A stretch of DNA of 64,000 bases from Phoronis australis (taxonomy: Eukaryota > Animalia > Phoronida), in assembly GCA_002633005.1 (NCBI GenBank), contig NMRA01000666.1, positions 124,001-188,000 on the forward strand. Reading direction: 5' to 3'. A program made the translations under genes and the position numbers. How positions within the stretch are numbered: position 1 is the first letter of the stretch; each line of letters opens with the position of its first letter. This document shows positions 1-11,600 of this stretch, in pieces. The notes under the pieces were generated by a model, which searched no databases, had not been told where the DNA came from, and was given only the letters and a program-made list of their open reading frames with translations.

Positions 1-3000
1 TTTCTGAAACAAAGATATGGGACAAATCTAATCACTGCCATTCACAACACTGTACCATTCTCGTGGTCATGTGCTTTTGACAAAAATGTCATTTTTGAAA
101 GGTATATATTAAAAGGGAAAAAGTCCTTTCACTAGTATTCACATTTTCGGTACTAAACATTGATGAAAATGCTTCAAACCAGTGTATTTTATTTTCCACA
201 GTTAGCGCCGATGTTTCTAATGGTATGTTTGAGCTAAAGTGGCATTCAATATTCATTTTTTGGCAGCTGAGACATCGTAAGAAATTGACTGGGGGGAGAA
301 ACGCCGGCAAACTGACTATGAAAACTGTAAGAAGACACAGCAGAGGAAACACAATTGATTAATTCCTCTTGACGACCAGATACCTCATTAACCACCTGAT
401 AGTTTGTGACGGTAATTGCCAAATCAGCAACTTACAAGGTTTCACACACTTGAGTTATAACTTGACAAGGCCAAGTCAAGTCAAGTCAGGGTTTTTTAGC
501 AGACTGCAAAAAGACTCCTGCATACAGCAATATCTACTGGTATTACAAGTAATCTAAAAATAACTACTTTCCGAGCATAAAATGTAAAACGGTGACAGTA
601 ACAATAGGAAGTGCCCAGGATCTAACAATCAGTGAAGAATTCATTTTATACAGGGTTGTTTGACTGGAATGCATAGCAAGTTGAAGATTACTGACAGGCC
701 AACTGGTTCAAAGTGATGCTTGCAACTCGAGTGCTGAACTTTGAATCAAACTAAGGTCTTACGGACAGCTCACTTGTGTTATCAGCTGGCATGCGGGCAT
801 TAAAAATGTCATATCTGCACACAACCACCAGTATCTTGCTGTAGAGATCAGCACAATGGGGGACATCAAAACTTAGAAATTAACATTAAAATGAAGGCAT
901 GACCATTATGATAAGAATTTTTGTTATTTACTATGTGCAAGAAAGGCAACCGATTGAAGAAGTGTGGCCAATTCTTACAATGCATCAGTTCAATGCTGGC
1001 CTACGCTAAATTGGGCTCCATAATTATCACATTATACCGTTCCCAGACGGGATACCTTATTCACGGTATGCGAGGGCCATCAGCGAAAATCTGTAGTCCA
1101 CTAGATGAGAAATCAGCATAAATATTTCTAAGACCAGGATGGACCATTCAGGCAAACACGATGCAGGAGATGACGTACAATAACTCACCAGAGACTGCAG
1201 GGAATAGATTGATCAATCAACGGCCACAATGTCTGTAACATTTGATGTTGATGCACCATGCCTGTGAAGTGTTTAGTTTTCTTTTATTGCCAACACATTT
1301 ATGCTTCTTCTTCACATGAAATTTTAAGTAATTGCTTGCCAAAATTCTTTCTGCTGACTGATGATTGCACTGGTGGCTTGATACAAGACAATGAAAAAAT
1401 TGTTTTGTCTAGATGTCTGACAAATTATTGTAACTAGGTCCCCAAGCATACCTATGCACAAGTGCCCTCTAATGTTTAGAAGTAAAAATAAAACATGGTC
1501 ACTTCCCAATCACCTTTTACAAAAGTTAGTCAGTCATGCTAACAACACCTGAGTATGTACAAGAGGACAGAGTCCCAAGTGACGCACCCAGAAACTCAGA
1601 ATGCATCTTCTAATAAGCTTAATCGCAGCATGTGACCTAGACACATAGCTTCAGGTGAACACAATCAGACATCCTTTTAATAAGTATTCTCACTTTATTC
1701 AGTAATGGTGGTTATGATCAAACAGTGAATTGGAGTTAAAATAGACATAAGTGGTTCAGCACCAACCGGAAAGAGAATACAATTAGTACAAGTGGTTGTT
1801 TGAAAACTTGAAACATGCAGATAAGGCACCACTGCAGAAATGTCAGTTGACAAAAAAAATGAAATAGAAAGTAACTCCATTTTTGTTAAATTAAGTATCA
1901 TATCTTTATCTGAAGACGTGACATTACTATTAGTTATTCATGCCAGACTAAATTTTAGAGAATCGTAAAATCATACTTCAAGTTACTAAATGATTCAATT
2001 GCTTGTAAAAATTCCAACGCATTTGTAATAATTATTCAGGACTCTGCGTCAACACTCTTTAGAGGATCTTTTAGTAATAAATCCATTCAAAGATATTTAA
2101 GTAAAAATTACCACTATGCTAGTAAACTGCATCATGCAGACAAAAAACAAACCCTTCAGGAGTGTATTGTTTGTTCTTCTACAGGAATGCCATCCTATTG
2201 TTAGTTCTTCCCATGGACATTTCCTGACAGCCTTGCAGCCATAACAGCTGATTGCAGATTAAACTAACTTGTCATGACAAGCAACTTAGGTAACCATGTC
2301 TGAAGCACTCTAGTTTTACTGCAAGTGTTTCTCAAGTGGAGAAATCATTCCTTATTTCAGTAACACTAACTTACAACTTGAGAACCAGTTTTCTCCCCTG
2401 AATATTGGGTATCAAACTCGTTCTCAAAATGAGAGCAAGGAAGAATAGTGTTGAGTACCATCTCTAACAGCGCCACCTGTAGAGCATACTGTGACATGTC
2501 CCTATCAAAGGATGGTGAATGAGACGCAGAAATCTGTTTGGACATCAGTGACCATGCTAGACATTTGCTTGGGTATTTGTTGAATACATACATGTGTAAT
2601 TGTCTTGTTCTGTTTGATGCATTAAATTTGGATAATTGAGTCAAAAAACATCAGCTTATATGGAATATGTCAATTTGGTCCATTCTTGTGATTGCAGCAA
2701 CCACAGGTCACAGTAAGGTATTTCTCAGTGCAACAAAGCATAATGAGTCAGTAAACCAACCCTTGCAGAGTGTTGGAATTTATTGAAAGCGTATTTAAGT
2801 TAATGCCGTAGATATCACACTCGAATTGAACGTCAACTAATAACATGCACAAGTCGAAATTACAATCACGTGAGCACAGCTATAGATCTGCTGAAATACA
2901 ACTGCGAATGTAACTGACTGCGGGGAAAACAAACCATCCGAAAGATCATATTCACTCTAAGATTAGACTCCTTTACTATTCACTTGTCACTTTGCCATTT

Positions 3001-3994
3001 CCATTTTTGTAACTCATGAACTGAAGCATTCACTTGGCCGATTGGCTGACATTCAGGTCACTACATGACGTCATTATGTAAAAAAATGAGATTACAATAT
3101 GGTAGACCTGATTTGCTTCGTTGTGGTTAGAGAAAGGTAAAAAGAGGTAAAATATAACTGGTACGACCTGTTACGGTTCCCTAAACATGCCAAATGAATC
3201 CAATTTGGTTAATACCAACACATTGAACAATTGTGTTCCTCTCACTCTTTTGGTTTATGCACATTTCACAAATCTGCGAAAAGCGCTCAGATGACCCTTC
3301 AGCTCCATTTGAGCTGAGTATTGGCTAACCAATACATTTCTTAATAGTTGCCAAACACAATTTAAGTTTGCATGTTATTTTCTAACCAATCGAAGTGTTC
3401 AAATGTTACTTCAATCTATCAACCAATGACAAGCTAAGTTACATGATCTTTTCATGGGGTCATCATTGTATAACTGGAGAAAAGTGCACTTCAGTATAAC
3501 ATCAAAGATGCTGTGTCTCATTAAAAGTGTGAATATTTAAATTTGTAGCAAACGCCACCTTGTGACTTCCTGGAGAACTGTGCGTACAAATATAGTTAGG
3601 ACCAGAAACAATTTGTAAAGAAAACGCGCTTTTAAAGAAAACGTCACAACTGATACACTTAAAAATAAGAGTGAACAGCCAGAAAACCCTAGTAACTCCA
3701 AATATTACAAAATCTTTATTTAATAGTGAAATGAACAAAAAATAAAAACTGTCATGTTTTATCAGGGTAACAGTGACAATAATTACCACACTCATATAAA
3801 TAAAAACAGTCTCGAAAAACAAGACTTTCACGAAATTGTAATGGTAACTGGTTCTCGGATGGTTTTCGGCAACACCGGAAGACCCAGGGTTGTTTATAAA
3901 CTAGTACTTCATTTTCATATTTATAATTTAATGAGACATAGCATCTATAACCGACCTAAATTAAAAGTCGTTTTCCTCAGAGGATAAAACTCAC

Positions 3995-5517
3995 CTTAAT
4001 GGTCACATTTCCCTTTGTGATCTTTCGCATGTTAAAACCCACGGTGGGGATCATGTCCTCTGTGAACTGGCCAGACTAAAGAAAAACGAGCATACAATAA
4101 GCTTCGGCAATCCACCCATTTATCATGGCAATGTCATGACCTTTGCAGGCTTTACAAGCAAACACCATCTGTTATATCATTTTCAGACATAAGGTTAAAG
4201 TAAACCTGATAACTTGGTATACCAAACATGATGGCATCATGAATATCTGTCTTCACTATAGACAGTGACCTGACCGTCTCTAGCTGGCTCGATTAGAGAC
4301 GGTGTTTCTGGTATACGCGCCTTTTGGCAAATTATGCCTTACACCGACTAAAACATCAAAGCCGCGTTGTTATAAATACATCATGCACATAGAAGGACAC
4401 CATAAGAGGACGTTACTGTCTTTAATTCCATTCCAACTCCAACAAATACTCCCGCCATCAAATTTATTTCTTGGAGCAGTCCTTCGTTCAGTTCCCAAAA
4501 TTGGTAAATGGCCATTTTTAACACTGCGCGCAGCAGGTGGTATGTCATATCCCCCATTTAGTCAGTGTGAGGCATACTTTGACGAAAAGCTTCCAGCATA
4601 TGAAGTGCCTATCAGCACTACACCATCTCTGTTGAGCCAGCTCGAAACAGTGGTTAATGTCTACACTATAGCCCAGTTGTGGATTACTGGCAACTATCAC
4701 CCAGTGCAAAGAACCACATGATGCGGAACAGTTCAAAACCTAGTCTTGAGATTCGTTCGAGCCACATTTAACGATGTCAAGAAATGTTCAGGCTTGAAAC
4801 TAACAACTTGGCAGTTTTGCTGCCCCTTGTCTCTACTCTAGGCAAGCTGATAGTAGTAAACCTAAACCTGCATGAGCTTGAATGAAAAATTGTTGTGATT
4901 GAGGCCCACTCAGTACTTAATAGGTGAAGCCGAAATCGCAACTTTCAAACTCAAACAAAACCAAGTAAGCGATGAGAAATATTTCCGGCAAAGCAATGAA
5001 CACCATTCAGTAAGTGGTGCACTGCTACTGAACTGCCCTGGGAATACTAACTCACAAAAGATCCACAGACAGGGTTACTAGGACCAAAGAGAGCACTGCA
5101 GAGTCAAATGGGTTCCCAGACTTTGAGAACGAATCCATTATTCCCTGTACGAAATTGCCCAGTTATCCAAACCATAGTCAGAGAACCTTGCCAATATGTT
5201 TCAAGAAACCAATACTGCCCAGGTAAGCTGAGCACGTTACTAGCTTCAGAGGTTAGGAGTAGGAATTAAATGAGCCATGGGCGATGAAATGCGAGAACTT
5301 TGTTCTGAACTGACCATTACAGTTTCAGTGAATGACACTGTCTTCACCGCGGAAGACGAAATCGAAATTTTTAGCAGACAATTTTTACACCCACCGCTAT
5401 AACATTAACAAACGTCGTCTTTCCTGAATATTGGAGTCCAACCAAAGTCAATTCCATTTCTTCCTTCCAAAACAGGCTCTTGAACCAGTCCAGAATTCTT
5501 TGAAAAAATGCTAACAT
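3995..5517 (-). CDS. ARL8: ADP-ribosylation factor-like GTPase 8 (lysosomal Arl8), coding exons 1-2; remaining exons presumably left of the window
   Basis: Exon 5517-5395 (123 nt) encodes [41 protein letters not shown] and ends at a GT donor. Exon 4075-3995 (81 nt, tttag acceptor, gtgagt donor) encodes [27 protein letters not shown]. This matches the Arl8 N-terminal amphipathic helix, P-loop GLQYSGKT and switch I. No further exon was found in 1-3990. Confidence 0.95.
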
Positions 5518-5676
5518 TTTGAGGTTTTGAGAGCAAAATCATAGACAGTATCTGTACAATTAATTTAGCTGGTCAGACGAACAGACAGAGGTCATGTGAT
5601 AGATGTGACGTCACTTCCGGGTCATACGAACAACGGAGTCACATGATTTTTAGTGCTGCTTTAGTTTCGGTTGAAG
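5518..5676. promoter_or_regulatory. Bidirectional ARL8/CTSC promoter with M-box/CLEAR-like E-boxes, CRE and ETS motifs
   Basis: 159 bp lie between divergent ATGs. Motifs are GTCATGTGA 5591-5599, GTGACGTCAC 5605-5614, ACTTCCGG 5613-5620 and GTCACATGA 5638-5646. Confidence 0.75.
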
Positions 5677-8600
5677 ATGGAGAGGGTGCTGTTTTGTGTT
5701 CTTGCATTCTGTATAGTGCACATTTCGGCAGATACACCTGCCAATTGTACATACAGTGACACCGTTGGTTCCTGGACTTTTTCTGTGGGCGGGCGCGGAC
5801 ACGACAAATCGCTAAATTGTACTGGTGTCAGTCGACTAGGTAATGTACACTGCCGACTGGCTGCCGACCAAAACATTAAATTTCAATTAAATGTGTGATT
5901 TAATTAAATGCAATGTGTTTTAAAAACATGCAATGTGAGTGAAACAAAAAACGATGACTGGCTATTATCAGCTATAGTAAGAATTACTCTCGCCATAATT
6001 AAATTTTTTCGTACTTTAAAACATGTTAATGTCATAAGTACCGGTGCTAAAACAAGATCATCATACAAATATCTGCCAGAGGTGAAGGAATTCTGTCAAT
6101 ATGATTGCACAACATAAAAAATCTAGATTTGCAGAAGGCCCGTTAGCGTATCACAGATCTAGAGAATGCTACTTGTTGAATATATGTATCGGTTGTCATA
6201 GCCAATGTAGTCACCAGCTCAAACTGATTGGATTCCGTTTTTGTCGATGTCTACAGACTGCAATGCAATGACATTGACACTTGATCAGTGACACAGTGGC
6301 ACTGTGTCACTGATACATATATTCAACAAGTAGCATTCTCTAGATCTGTGATACGCTAACGGGCCTTCTGCAAATCTAGATTTTTTATGTTGTGCAATCA
6401 TATTGACAGAATTCCTTCACCTCTGGCAGATATTTGTATGATGATCTTGTTTTAGCACCGGTACTTATGACATTAACATGTTTTAAAGTACGAAAAAATT
6501 TAATTATGGCGAGAGTAATTCTTAATATAGCTGATAATAGCCAGTCATCGTTTTTTGTTTCACTCACATTGCATGTTTTTAAAACACATTGCATTTAATT
6601 AAATCACACATTTAATTGAAATTTAATGTTTTTTCATGATCTTAACATGTATTTCTTGTTTTTCTTCAGGTGATTGCAGGGATCTGAAAAGTCAAACACA
6701 ATTTTCAGTCACACTTGCAAAATGTTATAAGCAAAACACTAGATTTGCATGTGCTCCTTCTCTTACAGCCTTGGCTGAAAAAGAAAATCATTACTACTGT
6801 TTTGAACTGTGTTTTTTAATGGTTGACATTATATAGAATTTGGTTTTAGAAACCACATATTTGTATCAAATGTCCTGGTGATTGGATTCCTCAACCAAAT
6901 AATATCACGGTCACCAAAGAATAACTGTATTCTCCGTAGCCCTGTCTGAATTCTATTGACTTCTTCCATTAATAAAAGATATTTGACACTGCATATTGGG
7001 AATCTTTAAGCTATCTTTGGCCCACAAAAAATATTAAACCAAGCCCTGGATTTGAATTGATCATAAGCAAAAATGTATTTCGTATTCTCGGCATCCCCTG
7101 TATTCTCTGTAGCCCCCAACTTTGAATTGTACATGGTTTGAAAAAACTTGTATCTAGGTGCATTTACAGAGGAAATGGAGACAAATAAACTCTTCAACAA
7201 AAGAAAAAACACAAATTTTTATTTATGGGTGGAATTTGATGCAAGTTTAGCTAAAAATTACTTTTTCAGTTTAAACTCATTGTTAATAAAACATGAATAT
7301 TCTTTGTTCATTCAGAAGTGTTGGTATTAACAAGTAAATGAATTCTATTGCATTTCTCAAGTGTTCATCCACTCATAAACAGGTATCTCCATATTTTGTA
7401 TTCTCCGTAGCCCCATCCATGACCTCTGTGTTATGTGATATCTATGCATACAATGTTTACCGATGATGAAAAGTTTTTTCCTGTATTTATTTGAATGTAG
7501 TTAATGGAATTAGACATTCCTTTTGACAGTGATGTGACTCTGTGATGATAGTTAAGTGTTGAGTATGTCTAAGAATTAAGTACAATCGCTATGTTTTATT
7601 TGTATACTGTCTCACACCTTGTGAAGCATACACAGGTGTGAACCTACTTTTTATATCGATTTTCAGTGATTAACTACATGAGTTTCCATTAATAAATTTT
7701 CTTGTTCCAAAGTCAGATTTAAGTCTTTTTTCCAAAATGGATGTGACAATACCATTGATGTAGTCTCCGTAGCCCACATTTTTCTTTGTTTTTTCATCAG
7801 GCCAAATCTCCAAAAACTAAATGAGATACTTCACAAAAATTTAACCTGATATTCCATATACCATGTTGATTCCAATAAAAGAAGTCTCCAAGCTGAAATG
7901 AAAAGTTCATAAAATGCCATTTCTGAAACAAAAATGTGCACCCTGAGTAAAATATGTTGTAAGCTAGCTGGTGATAAAACATGGGATTGAAAAAAACATG
8001 CATACTATTTTTTGACATGCTCCTCCCCTTTAAAGGCGATAATGATCAGTGTCACATGGTGAGTTAGTCAGCCCCACTGGATCTATCCACATCCAAGTCG
8101 CACTAGGGGGCGCCGTCGTCAATTGGCACTCTACTCCTTAATGGTCAGATTGGTTTACTTAACAATGACTAGCATGTTTTTGAAATGTTTTCTTGTTAAG
8201 TACTTACATACCGATGAAAAAACATTTCAATCTCTCAAAAGTGTTTCTTGGTGTCAGTTACATTATGGTACGTGCCTGGCCCTGAATTCAGGCAGGTTTG
8301 CAAAATGCAGTGATATGGTACAAAGCTGTGCGGTGGTAATATAAATATATGTGCGAATCGTCTGGACTTTTATGACAGGCATCTTTATGATTGGGGATTA
8401 GCGAACAGAGATAGGGTGTGCAGTCTCAGTGTCAACTGTTCCTGCCGTTAGTATGAAAGGGCCTTAAAAGTTCAATCTCTCATTAGTTGGAGAGTAGTGC
8501 CCCATGTAAAATGCCGTCATGCCATCATGGGTCCACTTTTACAATAGGTGTTAGTGGTTGCCTCAGCATGTGAGCTGAAGCTTGCCTTATGCAATATTTG

Positions 8601-11600
8601 AGGAGGCAGTGTGGCCTAGTATGATAGGTGCTCGCTTTCTTTACTGGAGGTTGTGGTTTCGAGTCTCGCTGGGCCACACTGCTAGACCCTTCATGCAGTC
8701 AGGTTCCTAGCTCCGCTGCTCAGTTTTAACAATATATATATTGATAATGCACAAAAATGCTTCCAGGTGAGCAGTGTAATGGGTCCACATGTGCAGAGCG
8801 CATCTTGTACATCGTGTACCAGACCGCCTGCATTATCAAAGTGGTGGTGCTTACTCTGGAGTTCCGAATAGTAGTAGAGACAGCAATAATAGTATAGACT
8901 GGAAAATTTCACGATTTTTAATAATAGTAGAGACTCTAATAATAGTATAGACCCAACATTTTTGCCACTAGAAAAGTAGAATAATAGTATAGACCGGAAA
9001 TTTGTCGAAAAAAATTAATAATAGTATAGAATGGAATAATGGTATAGACAGCAAATTTGTGGAAATTTAAACATAGTANTGCCTTGATCTCTTTTTGTTG
9101 ATTTAATTATTGTAATCATTTCTTCGTAATTAACCCCAAACTTGTTAAAGACACAACTCCTATCATTGTGTTGACTTGAGCAAACTGCCTGTCTTTCAGT
9201 TCCTACATTAAGCTGTTGGTGTTAAGATAATTAACTAATGAATCAAGACCATCTGACTGAATCTCTAAAATTTGTAAAATTCTGAACCTTTCCTTGATTA
9301 TATATTGCATTGTTTGAAATTTACATATTGATTCATTGTCTTATTGTTGAACTTTTTACTTTCAGAACCTAATGAGAAACTCAAAGTGGAACTCTATTTT
9401 CCTGATGTTGTCTTCGATCAATACGGGAACAAAGGCTGGTGGACTCTTATATACAATCAGGTAATTGGATTTTGTGTCAAATGCTGTAATGTGAAACCTG
9501 AGCAACCTTCTTCACTCATCCCAATATAAGTGCATGGTGCAGCTGATCGCTATACAAGCATATAGCTGACAGAATGTGAATCGGCCCACTGTAAACTGCA
9601 AGACACCGAAAGTAGTTTCTTGACCTAAATCCACAAAAGAAAGGTCTTAGATGTACCTTTTTGACTTAATGAAGATCACTGTCAAGACTATTATGCAAAG
9701 TAAATTAAGTGTTCTGACAGTCAAAAATAATGACCCCACATTATGTTGTTTACACTGTGGCCCTAATGTGTTTTGAATGTCACATGCTGTTAATTATTAT
9801 GAGACTATCCTTTATCATCATTACTCATGCTTGGTTGTTTGGCATTTTGTGAGTATTTATTTCAAAGCGCATCCGAACTCATCCTAGTAGTTTTTGTGTT
9901 TTTGTCATCGCTATATTAAGTTTTCTTAAAAGTAGTCACGTGGTGTTCCCTTTGCCAAAATTGGCGCTCTCACTGCATTGCATTAAATGTTAATTACTCA
10001 TGTCCAAAAGAAATGAATTGCTTTTAAAAAATTTCAGGGATTTGAGGTTGTGATCTCAGGAAGAAAATACTTTGCCTTTTTCAACTGGGCGTCTAAAGGC
10101 GGGTCAGAGGCCATCAGTATCTGCAATGCTACTCGCTCTGGTTGGTCACATGATGTATTTGGGCGGGACTGGGCATGTTTTACTGCCTCAAGGGACATGT
10201 CGCTGATGACAAATCGAAGGGAGAAGATGGTGCAATACCGAAATGGAAACGTGGAAACAGAAAACATCGATCCAAGGTAAATCTATAGACTGAGTTAGAC
10301 TGTTCGATATGAAGCTACATGTATGTCAATAGGCCACTTGGTATATTATGTATTGCAGGGCCAAGAATTTCAACTTAATATTAGTGATTTAGAAGGTAAT
10401 GAACACGAGTGTTTGAAGTAAAAAAGTTGCCAAATATTAGGTTGTAATAGTTTTTGCTGTTGTTAAATGATTGTGTAATATTACAGTATCCTTTCCTGTG
10501 CTAATTATTTTCACTAGAAAAGCATCCAAGGTCTTTTACCGTCACAACCCGGATTTCATCAACAAAATAAATAGTGTTCAGAAGTCATGGAAAGCAGTGA
10601 GGTATCCTGAGTATGAGAACTACACCGTGGAGCAGATGATACGCCGAGCAGGGGGACGCAAGTCCAAGATAAGAGGGTATCGTCAATTCTACTGATTACT
10701 TAAGAGATATGAAGTATTGTCTAAAGTAAAGTGGCTTGAACAAAAGAGGTCACTTTGTTCATACTTTACCATTTAGAAATGCCTTCTGAAATTGTTAACC
10801 CTGATTGTGTAAGGGCTGTTCCAGTAAAATCTGTATGGGAGGGGGGGAAGGCACCTTTTTTTGCACCCACCACGCATATTTTTCATTTATTTCTTCAGCC
10901 TACCACCCGTAATTTTTCATAAGTTTGAAATGCAACCACCCATAATTTTTTTTTGTTCTTGTGGTTGACTGCACAGGTGCTTCAGTTTATCTGTTCCTCC
11001 ATCACCACTAACGTCATTCATTACTAAGAAAACATATGTCTCTTATATATGGTTATTAGCCATCGAGAAATTCAAGCACCTGTGGTTAAATGGTGTTATG
11101 GGCATGCCGATGAGGAGATCGGAGGGAGTGAAAAAGTCGGAGCTTTTTGCAAGTTGCATTTTTGTTTCAGTTTTTGATTCTGTGCCGATTGTTTATAAAA
11201 TTTACTAAAATTACCCACCATCAAACATTTATGGCCCAATGAAACAACAACGACCTGTAAATTTTTATTTTTTTGAAGTACGACCACCACCCATTTTGAA
11301 TTTAAATCAAACGCAACCACCCATAAATTTTTATTTCAGTTGCCTTCCCCCCCTCCCACACAGATTTTGCTGGAACAGCCCTAAGGATACAGTGAGCAGT
11401 CGGTAGCAAAATATTAAATCATGAACACAATAATGTTGATTTTGAAAAGTAACAAATCAATGACTTGTTTATTACTGAAACATGTGCTAAGTCTGGTTTG
11501 ATAGGCCGATGGTGAGAAGCAACTCTCAGTGTGATGGTGTCGAAGTTTATATAATTGTTATGCAGCCACTGTGAATTGCTGTTGGTGAAATTAAAAATTT

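Noticed and set aside
4302-4721. 139-aa plus-strand ORF
   Set aside because: It lies antisense inside ARL8 intron 1, starts at GTG and has no recognisable domain.
5908-6594. Two near-identical 69-aa ORFs on opposite strands
   Set aside because: They are mirror images produced by the intronic inverted repeat and have no protein motif.
10486-10494. U12-type 5' splice site consensus GTATCCTTT
   Set aside because: It sits in the polypyrimidine region before CTSC exon 4, and all modelled introns are satisfied by ordinary GT-AG sites.
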